A program made the position numbers and the translations under genes. From NCBI GenBank assembly GCA_035353855.1, contig DAOQAK010000002.1:10967-74966 (forward strand): 64,000 nucleotides of DNA, written 5' to 3'. This DNA is from Bacteroidales bacterium. GTDB taxonomy: Bacteria; Bacteroidota; Bacteroidia; Bacteroidales; CG2-30-32-10. Under the pieces are notes generated by a model, which was given only the letters and a program-made list of their open reading frames with translations, was not told where the DNA came from and ran no database searches. Positions 39,025 through 47,843 of this stretch are shown here, in pieces; positions within the stretch are counted from its first letter, which is position 1, and every line of letters starts with the position of its first letter.

Positions 39025-41724
39025 ATGGAAAACAAAGTTACTCAGAACCCCACTAATGATGCCGAAAAGAAGAATAAAACCAATGTTTACGACGATGTTC
39101 TTAAAGAACGCATCAGGCCAAGTTTATTTGATGATGAAAAATCAGAACAGAAAAATGAAGAGAAACAAAATGAAAATAAAATAAAAAAAGAAGAGGTGAA
39201 ACAAAAAACTTTTTCTTACGATGAGGCTTTAGAAAAGACCACAATCTATTTTAAGAATGACACGCTGGCGGCAAGCGTATGGATTAATAAGTATGCACTG
39301 AAAGATTCCCAGGGTAATTTATATGAATGCACTCCTGATGATATGCATCGTCGTATTGCCCGTGAAATTGCACGCATTGAAAAAAAATATCCTAACCCGA
39401 TGAAGGAGGATGAAATTTATGATCTTCTGAAAAATTTCAAATACATTATTCCACAGGGTAGTCCTATGGCAGGTATTGGAAACGATTTCCAGATAGGATC
39501 TCTTTCAAATTGCTTTGTTATAGGGCATAACGGACCTTCCGATTCGTATGGTGGAATTATGAAAGTGGATGAAGAACAGGTACAGCTTATGAAACGTCGT
39601 GGTGGCGTTGGGCATGATCTTTCGCATATTCGTCCCGGCGGAACTCCTGTTAAAAACAGTGCTCTCACTTCAACAGGTATTGTTCCATTTATGGAACGTT
39701 ATTCAAACAGTACGCGCGAAGTGGCTCAGGACGGGCGTCGTGGAGCATTGATGTTAAGCATTTCTATCAAACATCCCGATTCGGAAAAATTTATTGATGC
39801 AAAACTCGAAGAAGGAAAAGTTACAGGCGCTAATGTTTCGGTAAAAATTACCGACGACTTCATGAAAGCCGTTATTAATAATGAACCATTCTTTCAGCAA
39901 TATCCCGTAGACTCTGCAAAGCCTTCTGTTAGAAAAGAAGTTAATGCACAAAATCTCTGGAAAAAAATAGTTCATAATGCATGGAAATCTGCTGAACCCG
40001 GCATTCTTTTCTGGGATACTGTAATTCGTGAATCGGTTCCCGACAGTTATGCCGACCTTGGATTCCGCACTGTTTCTACAAATCCTTGCGGAGAAATTCC
40101 ATTATGTCCTTACGATAGTTGTCGCCTTATTGCTATCAATCTTTATAATTATGTCGAAAATCCTTTTACCGAACAGGTAAGTTTTGATTCGGAACTTTTT
40201 ATAAAACATGTTCATTATGCACAAAGAATGATGGACGACATCATTGATCTTGAATTGGAAAAAGTGGATAAGATTCTTGAAAAGATTGAAAAAGACCCGG
40301 AAGATATTGAAATTAAAAGAACAGAAATAAACCTTTGGAATAATATCAAAAAGAAATGCATCGAAGGTAGACGTACCGGTATTGGTATTACCGCCGAGGG
40401 TGATATGCTTGCTGCTTTGGGTTGCCGCTATGGTACCGATGATGCAACCAATTTTTCAATTGAAGTTCACAAACTTCTTGCACTCGAAGCTTATCGTTCA
40501 TCGGTGAATCTGGCTAAGGAAAGAGGACCTTTCCCTATTTATGATCCGGGCAGAGAAAAAAATAATCCTTTCATAAAACGTTTGAAAGAAGCCGATAATT
40601 CACTGTATGAAGACATGGCAAAATACGGACGCCGTAATATTGCTCTTCTTACTATTGCACCTACAGGAAGCGTTTCGCTGATGACACAAACCACATCAGG
40701 TATTGAACCGGTATTCCTTATTTCTTATAAACGAAGAAGAAAAGTTAACCCCAATGATAAAAATGCACGTATTGATTTTGTTGATGAAGTTGGCGATTCA
40801 TGGGAAGAATATAATGTGTTCCACAATAAATTTTTAAAATGGCTCAAGGTAAATGGTTATGATGTTGACAAAGTGAAAATGATGAAAGATGCCGACCTGA
40901 ATGCAGTCATTGAAAAATCGCCGTATTACAAAGCAACAGCTAATGATGTGGATTGGGTTGCTAAAGTGAAAATGCAGGGCGCTATTCAGAAGTGGGTCGA
41001 TCATTCAATCAGCGTTACCGTAAATATTCCTAATGATGTTAAAGAAGAGTTGGTAGCAACAATTTATAAAACAGCATGGGAATGCGGATGTAAAGGTGTT
41101 ACTGTTTATCGTGAAGGTTCACGCGCCGGCGTTCTGGTTGCTGACAAGAAAAAAGAAGATATTACAGAATTCAAAGAAACTTTTGCACCTCAGCGTCCAA
41201 AAAGACTTGAAGCAGAAATAGTACGTTTTCAGAACGATTATGAAAAATGGATTGCTGTGGTAGGATTGCTTAATGGAAGACCATACGAAGTATTTACAGG
41301 TAAAGCCGAAGATTTTTATTTACCTCCGTTTGTTCAAAAAGGCTGGGTTATTAAAGGCAAAACAGAGAAAGATAAAAGTCGTTACGATTTCCAGTTTGAA
41401 GATAAGCAAGGGTATAAAATTACCATTGAAGGATTGTCGCGTATGTTCGACAAAGAATACTGGAATTATGCAAAACTTATTTCGGGAATACTGCGTCATG
41501 GAATGCCTATTCCTTTTGTTGTTGAATTGATTTCAAAACTAAATCTTGATTCCGATTCTATCAATACATGGAAAGTAGGAGTTGAGCGTGCATTAAAGAA
41601 ATTTATTCCCGATGGGACTAAAGTTGCTGATAAAGTTTGCTCAAATTGTGGCGATACTGAAGGATTGGTTTATGAAGAAGGTTGCCTGAAATGCAAGAGC
41701 TGCGGATATTCTAAATGCGGTTAA
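39025..41724 (+). CDS. nrdJ: Class II (adenosylcobalamin-dependent) ribonucleotide reductase
   Basis: LSNCFV, RRGALM, TNPCGEIPL, TIAPTGS, DHSISVTVN, C-terminal Cys-rich zinc ribbon; no small subunit gene adjacent. Confidence 0.93.
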   Translation: MENKVTQNPTNDAEKKNKTNVYDDVLKERIRPSLFDDEKSEQKNEEKQNENKIKKEEVKQKTFSYDEALEKTTIYFKNDTLAASVWINKYALKDSQGNLYECTPDDMHRRIAREIARIEKKYPNPMKEDEIYDLLKNFKYIIPQGSPMAGIGNDFQIGSLSNCFVIGHNGPSDSYGGIMKVDEEQVQLMKRRGGVGHDLSHIRPGGTPVKNSALTSTGIVPFMERYSNSTREVAQDGRRGALMLSISIKHPDSEKFIDAKLEEGKVTGANVSVKITDDFMKAVINNEPFFQQYPVDSAKPSVRKEVNAQNLWKKIVHNAWKSAEPGILFWDTVIRESVPDSYADLGFRTVSTNPCGEIPLCPYDSCRLIAINLYNYVENPFTEQVSFDSELFIKHVHYAQRMMDDIIDLELEKVDKILEKIEKDPEDIEIKRTEINLWNNIKKKCIEGRRTGIGITAEGDMLAALGCRYGTDDATNFSIEVHKLLALEAYRSSVNLAKERGPFPIYDPGREKNNPFIKRLKEADNSLYEDMAKYGRRNIALLTIAPTGSVSLMTQTTSGIEPVFLISYKRRRKVNPNDKNARIDFVDEVGDSWEEYNVFHNKFLKWLKVNGYDVDKVKMMKDADLNAVIEKSPYYKATANDVDWVAKVKMQGAIQKWVDHSISVTVNIPNDVKEELVATIYKTAWECGCKGVTVYREGSRAGVLVADKKKEDITEFKETFAPQRPKRLEAEIVRFQNDYEKWIAVVGLLNGRPYEVFTGKAEDFYLPPFVQKGWVIKGKTEKDKSRYDFQFEDKQGYKITIEGLSRMFDKEYWNYAKLISGILRHGMPIPFVVELISKLNLDSDSINTWKVGVERALKKFIPDGTKVADKVCSNCGDTEGLVYEEGCLKCKSCGYSKCG

Positions 41725-41753
41725 AAAATTATAACCTAAAAATAACACATTTC

Positions 41754-41788
41754 AAAACCGGCAGAAAAATTTATTCTGTCGGTTTTTT
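41754..41788 (+). terminator. Intrinsic terminator after nrdJ
   Basis: AAAACCGGCAGAA-aaattta-TTCTGTCGGTTTT. Confidence 0.8.
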
Positions 41789-41845
41789 ATTTTTCTGCAA
41801 TTTAAAAAAATGATAATTTTATCTTTATTTTGATAATGCAAAGTA

Positions 41846-44035
41846 ATGGATAATTACGAATTCGATTTGGCTTTTGAGCTTGTCGAAAATACTTCAAGAA
41901 ATTTATTTCTTACAGGAAAAGCAGGAACAGGGAAAACTACTTTTCTGAAATATGTTGTTCAACATTCAATGAAGAATATGATTGTAGTTGCGCCCACAGG
42001 TGTTGCAGCTATTAATGCCGGCGGGGTTACCATTCATTCTACGTTCGGATTGCCATTGCTTAGTTTTATCCCTTCGAATGATTTTGTTGACCCGAATATT
42101 GCAGCGAACAGAAAAGAATTAATAAAACATTTGCATTACAGAAAAGAAAAAGCTGAAGTATTCTTTAATCTCGAACTTCTGATAATTGATGAAATAAGCA
42201 TGGTGCGTGCCGATTTGCTAGATGCTGTTGATTTTGCTTTACAGTTTGTCCGGAAAAATAATAAACCTTTTGGCGGAGTTCAAACATTGTTTATAGGCGA
42301 TATGCATCAGCTTCCACCTGTTATTAAAGAAGAATCGCAAAATATTTTAAGTAAATATTATTCAAGCCCGTACTTTTTTGACAGTATGGTTTTGAAAAAT
42401 AATCCTCCTGTAAGTATTGAATTACTTAAGATTCACCGACAGGAAGATGAAAAATTTATTGAGATTCTTAATAAAATTCGTCATCAGCAGTTTGATAACG
42501 ATGCGTTCGATAAATTACATAAAAGATATTTTCCCGATTATGAACATTCAGGAAACGGGCGCATATATCTGACTACACATAACGCAATTGTAGCTCAAAT
42601 AAATGAAACACAATTACGAAAATTAAAAACAAAATCTTATTTCTATAAAGCTGAGGTTGATGGCGAATTCAAAGAAAATTTATTTCCTAACGACAATGTT
42701 ATTGAATTAAAAGTTGGTGCACAGGTTATGTTCATAAGGAATGATACCAGTGTACAGAAAAAATATTTTAACGGGAAATTGGCTACAGTAGCTTATTTAT
42801 CTGACGATTGCATAAGGGTGTTGTTTGAAAACGAAAAGGAAGAATATGAGTTGGCAAAAGAAGAATGGGAAAACAAACAGTATTATGTCGACAAAGAAAA
42901 AAACGAAATAAAAGAAGATGTAATTGGCGTTTTCAGGCAGTATCCTATTCGCCTGGCGTGGGCTGTAACTATTCACAAAAGCCAGGGATTAACTTTCGAT
43001 AAAGTTATAATCGATGCAGGACGCTCATTTGCTCCGGGTCAGGTATATGTAGCATTAAGTCGTTGCCGAAGCCTCGAAGGAATAATTCTGAAATCAAAAA
43101 TTCATGAAAAGGTTATTTTTTCTGATGATACCATTAATAATTTTCAAAACGAAATTTGGAATCTGAACGAAGTTAAGGCCATCATTGAAAAAGAGAAGCT
43201 TCCTTATAGTCTCGAAAAAATTTATAATGCGATAAGCCTTCAGCAACTTGTTAGTGCTTTAGCTTTATGGAATGATATTATTCTTGAAAAAAAATTACCT
43301 TCAAAAGAAGAAGTGCATGAACAATGCAGAATAATGCGCGAATCGCTTGATGAGCTAAGCGAGGTTGAAAATAAATTTATAAAACGATTGCAGGAAATGT
43401 ATCGTGGATATGAAACAAAACAATTTTCTTGGCAGCAAATAGAAGACCGGTGCAGCAAGGGAATCGAATATTTTGTGAATTTTTTAAAAGAAAAAATTTT
43501 ATTCCCGCTTGAATTTCACAAAACACAAATTGTAAAAGCAAAAAAAGTCAAAGGTTACACTAAGATTGTAAAAGAGCTGTTAATAGAGGTATCGGCTAAA
43601 ATAGAGCAACTCAGAAACCTTTATCTTCTCGAAAAAAAATTATACAATATAAAACCGGAAGACGAACCAAAAACAAAAAATAATATTGAAAATATTTCAG
43701 GGGAAAAAGAAAAGAAAGTATCAACTTATGAAATTACATTATCGATTTTAAACGAAGGAAAAACCGTTGAAGAAGCCGCCAGTGAAAGGAATTTAACTAT
43801 AGGAACAATATATTCGCATATTGCAAAACTTATTGCAATGGGAAATATATGCGCAACAAAATATATTGATAAAAATAAACTCGATGAGATTATTAGCGTT
43901 ATTGAAAAACTTGAGATACCAACGCTTAGCTCAATAAAAAAAGAACTCGGCGCTTCTTATACTTTTGAAGAAATTAAATTAGCACAGGCTGAATTTTATT
44001 TCCGAATTGCAGAAACAATTAAGTTGGACAAATGA
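41846..44035 (+). CDS. Pif1-like SF1B helicase with C-terminal helix-turn-helix domain
   Basis: TGKAGTGKTT, IIDEISMVRAD, GDMHQLPPV, WAVTIHKSQGLTFD, YVALSRCR; C-terminal ERNLTIGTIYSHI HTH. Confidence 0.88.
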   Translation: MDNYEFDLAFELVENTSRNLFLTGKAGTGKTTFLKYVVQHSMKNMIVVAPTGVAAINAGGVTIHSTFGLPLLSFIPSNDFVDPNIAANRKELIKHLHYRKEKAEVFFNLELLIIDEISMVRADLLDAVDFALQFVRKNNKPFGGVQTLFIGDMHQLPPVIKEESQNILSKYYSSPYFFDSMVLKNNPPVSIELLKIHRQEDEKFIEILNKIRHQQFDNDAFDKLHKRYFPDYEHSGNGRIYLTTHNAIVAQINETQLRKLKTKSYFYKAEVDGEFKENLFPNDNVIELKVGAQVMFIRNDTSVQKKYFNGKLATVAYLSDDCIRVLFENEKEEYELAKEEWENKQYYVDKEKNEIKEDVIGVFRQYPIRLAWAVTIHKSQGLTFDKVIIDAGRSFAPGQVYVALSRCRSLEGIILKSKIHEKVIFSDDTINNFQNEIWNLNEVKAIIEKEKLPYSLEKIYNAISLQQLVSALALWNDIILEKKLPSKEEVHEQCRIMRESLDELSEVENKFIKRLQEMYRGYETKQFSWQQIEDRCSKGIEYFVNFLKEKILFPLEFHKTQIVKAKKVKGYTKIVKELLIEVSAKIEQLRNLYLLEKKLYNIKPEDEPKTKNNIENISGEKEKKVSTYEITLSILNEGKTVEEAASERNLTIGTIYSHIAKLIAMGNICATKYIDKNKLDEIISVIEKLEIPTLSSIKKELGASYTFEEIKLAQAEFYFRIAETIKLDK

Positions 44036-44143
44036 ATTTAATTTAGTAAATTATTTTTATACCATTTGTTAACTTTACATTAAAAATAATGTTCTGCTAC
44101 TTATTTTCTTATTTAAATTTTATATTTGTGTAAATTATTTTTG

Positions 44144-44827
44144 ATGGAAAACAACGATTATAAAATTCTGCTGGTTGACGATGAACCCGATATTCTTGAG
44201 TTCCTCGGCTATAATCTTACAAAGGAAGGATATAAAATTTTTAAGGCGAATAATGGCAGGCAAGCCATTAAGACAGCAACAGAAATAAAACCGCATTTGA
44301 TTATTTTAGATGTGATGATGCCCGAAATGGATGGCATTGAAACCTGTTCGGAATTGAGAAAAATATCTTCTTTGAAAAACACTATCATTGCTTTTCTTAC
44401 TGCACGCAATGAAGACTATTCTCAGATTGCCGGATTTGACGCGGGTGCCGACGATTATATTCCTAAGCCCATCAAACCCAAAGTTTTTGTCAGTCGTGTA
44501 AAGGCTTTGTTGCGAAGGTATAATGAAACAGATACGGCAACAGAAAAAATAAATTTAGGTGATATTGTAATTGACCGGGAACGCTATGTAATATTTTTAA
44601 AAGGCGAAGAAATTATTTTACCGCGAAAAGAATTTGAACTCATATCACTTCTTGCTTCTAAACCAAATAAAGTTTTTACACGCGATGAAATTTACGACAG
44701 TATCTGGGGAAACAGCGTGGTTGTAGGCGATAGAACCATTGATGTTCATGTAAGGAAAATTCGTGAAAAACTTGGTATCGAAAATATCAAAACCATAAAA
44801 GGCGTTGGTTATAAATACGAAATATAA
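44144..44827 (+). CDS. OmpR/PhoB-family response regulator (RprY-like), no adjacent kinase
   Basis: LVDDEPDI, LDVMMPEMDG, DRTIDVHVRKIREK; TATATTTG box at 44121-44128. Confidence 0.92.
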   Translation: MENNDYKILLVDDEPDILEFLGYNLTKEGYKIFKANNGRQAIKTATEIKPHLIILDVMMPEMDGIETCSELRKISSLKNTIIAFLTARNEDYSQIAGFDAGADDYIPKPIKPKVFVSRVKALLRRYNETDTATEKINLGDIVIDRERYVIFLKGEEIILPRKEFELISLLASKPNKVFTRDEIYDSIWGNSVVVGDRTIDVHVRKIREKLGIENIKTIKGVGYKYEI

Positions 44828-44868
44828 AACTTCTCAAAGCATTATAAATACTGTTATTAAACGTGATT

Positions 44869-47016
44869 ATGAAAACAACTAAATTTTATTTTTTAGGATT
44901 ATGCATTTTTATTTCTGCAATTGCATCGGCACAAAATAAACTGCTGACACTTGAAGATATTTATACAAAACGAATTCTGTATCCCAAGTATATGAGCCAA
45001 CTGCAATGGATTGCGAAGAGTGATAATTTTTCTTATGTCGATTTGAAATGTTTAATAAAAGGAAATACTGTAGATGAAAAACGTGACACCATTTTAAAAT
45101 TGTCATCGCTAAACGAATCACTGAAATCCACTGGTGATGCTGAATTGAATACGTTTCCCAGTATAATATGGCTTGATGAAAATACTTTCTATTTTAATGA
45201 AAACAATAAAGTATATAAATATTTATTGAATGAGAAAAAAATTATTGTTGTCGGTGCTATCAATGAAAATGCCGAAAATACTGATGTTTCAGAGAAGTCA
45301 TTATATACTGCTTATACGGTGAATAATAATCTTTATGTATCAGCAGAAGGAAAGATAAATGCTGTAACTAACGATACCAATGTAAATATTGTAAATGGGA
45401 AATCGGTTCATCGTGATGAATTTGGGATTACTAAAGGAACGTTCTGGTCGCCTTCAGGGAAATTGCTTGCTTTCTATCGTATGGACCAAACAATGGTTAC
45501 CGATTATCCGTTAGTGCATATTACCGATTTAAAAAATCGTATTGCTGAAGAAGAATTGATAAAATATCCAATGGCCGGAATGACTAGTCATCATGTGACA
45601 CTTGGAGTATATAATCCGCTTACCCGGGAAAAAATATTTTTGAAAACAGGTGAGCCTGCAGAACAATATCTGACAAATATTTCATGGAGTCCTGATGATA
45701 AATATATTTTTATTGCCGTGCTGAATCGTGCGCAGAATCACATGAAGCTGAATCAATACGATGCAACAACAGGTGATTTCATTAAAACACTTTTCGAAGA
45801 AAAAAATGATAAATACATGGAACCATTGAACGGAATGTATTTCCTGAAAACAAAGCCCGATCAGTTTATCTGGCAGAGCCAGCGTGATGGTTACAATCAT
45901 TTGTATTTATACAGCATTGATGGAAAATTAATAAAACAGTTGACCAAAGGCAATTGGGTTGTTACCGATTTTTATGGAACCGACATGAAAGATTCGAAAG
46001 CTTTTTTTATTTCAACAGCTGTGAATCCGCTGGAACGCCACATATATAGTGTTGATATGAAAAGTGGTAAGATTTTAAAAATATCTTCAACCGAAGGTTA
46101 TCATGATGCACAGTATAGTTATGATGGAAAATATGTTCTGGATAATTATACCAGTACAAAAATCACAACTGAATATTTACTTGAAGATGCAAATGGGAAA
46201 ATTTTACAAACCATCAAGAAAAATTCAAATCCGCTGAAAGAATACAAACTTCCTGAAATGTCCATTTTTACTATAAAAGCAAAGGATAGTAGCGATTTAT
46301 ATTGTCGGATTTTAAAGCCAATTGATTTTGATGCAAATAAAAAATATCCTGTTATCGTTTATGTTTATGGTGGACCGCATGAACAATTAATTACAGACAC
46401 ATGGTTAGGCGGTGCCGGGCTTTATTTGAATTACCTGGCAAGTAAAGGTTATGTGATATTCACACTTGATAATCATGGATCATCCGACAGAGGTTTAAAA
46501 TTTGAACAGGCAATTTTCAGAAATATAGGTACTATTGAAATGGAAGATCAATTGCTAGGAATTAATTATCTGAAAAAACTTTCTTATGTTGATACTACGC
46601 GTATGGGCATCAATGGCTGGAGTTACGGAGGTTTTATGACAATAAATATGTTTTTGAAAAATCCCGGATTGTTTAAAGTGGCAGTAGCAGGCGGTCCTGT
46701 AATCGACTGGAAATTTTATGAGGTAATGTATGGTGAACGATACATGGATACACCTGATGAAAATCCATTAGGCTATGATAATGCTGACTTGCTGAATTAT
46801 GTAAAAGACTTAAAAGGAAAATTATTGGTAATTCATGGAACTATTGATAATACGGTAGTCTGGCAACATTCACTTACCTTCTTGAAAAAATGTATTGATG
46901 AAGGAAAGCAAATCGATTATTTTGTTTACCCAGAGCATGAACATAATATTTCCGGAAAAGACAGGATGCATTTGCAATACAAAATTGAAAATTATTTTAA
47001 TGATTATTTGAAGTAA
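44869..47016 (+). CDS. S9B prolyl oligopeptidase, PtpA (prolyl tripeptidyl peptidase)-like
   Basis: GWSYGG, HGTIDNTVVWQHS, YPEHEHN, VHRDEFGITKGTFWSP, YEVMYGERYM. Confidence 0.88.
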   Translation: MKTTKFYFLGLCIFISAIASAQNKLLTLEDIYTKRILYPKYMSQLQWIAKSDNFSYVDLKCLIKGNTVDEKRDTILKLSSLNESLKSTGDAELNTFPSIIWLDENTFYFNENNKVYKYLLNEKKIIVVGAINENAENTDVSEKSLYTAYTVNNNLYVSAEGKINAVTNDTNVNIVNGKSVHRDEFGITKGTFWSPSGKLLAFYRMDQTMVTDYPLVHITDLKNRIAEEELIKYPMAGMTSHHVTLGVYNPLTREKIFLKTGEPAEQYLTNISWSPDDKYIFIAVLNRAQNHMKLNQYDATTGDFIKTLFEEKNDKYMEPLNGMYFLKTKPDQFIWQSQRDGYNHLYLYSIDGKLIKQLTKGNWVVTDFYGTDMKDSKAFFISTAVNPLERHIYSVDMKSGKILKISSTEGYHDAQYSYDGKYVLDNYTSTKITTEYLLEDANGKILQTIKKNSNPLKEYKLPEMSIFTIKAKDSSDLYCRILKPIDFDANKKYPVIVYVYGGPHEQLITDTWLGGAGLYLNYLASKGYVIFTLDNHGSSDRGLKFEQAIFRNIGTIEMEDQLLGINYLKKLSYVDTTRMGINGWSYGGFMTINMFLKNPGLFKVAVAGGPVIDWKFYEVMYGERYMDTPDENPLGYDNADLLNYVKDLKGKLLVIHGTIDNTVVWQHSLTFLKKCIDEGKQIDYFVYPEHEHNISGKDRMHLQYKIENYFNDYLK

Positions 47017-47090
47017 TAACTATAGTTTTTTTAATAAATTCGGTGCTTTTTCTTATATTTGTACAAATCAAAAACAAAATTTCTGAACTT

Positions 47091-47360
47091 ATGAATAGCC
47101 CGGAAATAAAAGAATTCATTAAGGAGTATGGATATTTGTTTTGGTATACCCCCGAAGATAAAAAAGAAAATATCAGTAAAGAATTTCTTGTTGAAACCAT
47201 TCTTAATTATGGGGATTTGAATGCAATAAAAAAACTTTTTGCAGTTTTAGGAATCAAAGAAACCTCTGAAATATTTTATAGTGCAGAAGGAAGGAAAAAA
47301 TTAAACTATTATCCTGAGATATATAATTATTTTTCACTTTTTTTTAAAAAACATCAATAA
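47091..47360 (+). CDS. DUF6922-like small protein (orphan type IV antitoxin-like)
   Basis: LFWY...LVETILNYGD motif parallels LFWD...VQRVLEYG of 54102-54419; own TATATTTG box at 47054-47061. Confidence 0.6.
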   Translation: MNSPEIKEFIKEYGYLFWYTPEDKKENISKEFLVETILNYGDLNAIKKLFAVLGIKETSEIFYSAEGRKKLNYYPEIYNYFSLFFKKHQ

Positions 47361-47400
47361 CCATCAATGACTATTCTTAATCATCAATAACCACAAATAT

Positions 47401-47684
47401 CGAAGCACTTGAATAATTTTTTAATGGGACGCGGATGACACGGATGTTACGGATTTGCACGGATAATCAGGAAAAATGAAAGGGAGAACTGGGGAGTTTG
47501 AGAATGGGAGAAAATTACTATAATGACCATGAATGACTACCAATGACAACAAATAACGAAGCACTTGAATAATTTTGATGTGACGCGGATGAACACGGAT
47601 GTTACGGATTTGCACGGATAATCAGGAAAAATGAATGGGAGAATTGGTGAATTTAAGGATGAGAGAAATTACTATAATGACCAT
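47401..47684 (+). repeat. Diverged tandem duplication (47401-47530 / 47557-47684) carrying (N)CACGGAT periodic motifs
   Basis: CGAAGCACTTGAATAATTTT...GACGCGGAT GA(A)CACGGAT GTTACGGAT TTGCACGGAT AATCAGGAAAAATGAA...ATTACTATAATGACCAT present twice, 156 bp apart. Confidence 0.85.
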
Positions 47685-47793
47685 CAATAACTCCGCTGCG
47701 AAGCAATCGAACAGATAAATGAAGAAGAAAAATTTAATATGAAAACTCTACCTAGTGTGTATTGAAAAAGTAAAAAATCAATATAAGAACATC

Positions 47794-47842
47794 CAACCAC
47801 AAACGACTAACGTCTAACGACAAACCATAAACCACAAACAAT
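47794..47842. repeat. Degenerate heptamer array (7 units)
   Basis: CAACCAC AAACGAC TAACGTC TAACGAC AAACCAT AAACCAC AAACAAT, abutting the stop codon at 47844. Confidence 0.75.
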
Positions 47843-47843
47843 T

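Noticed and set aside
47421-47615. 64-aa ORF in the duplicated repeat region
   Set aside because: Its repetitive peptide (QIRNIRVHPR / CKSVTSVSSASH) simply reflects the periodic DNA; there is no promoter or homology support.
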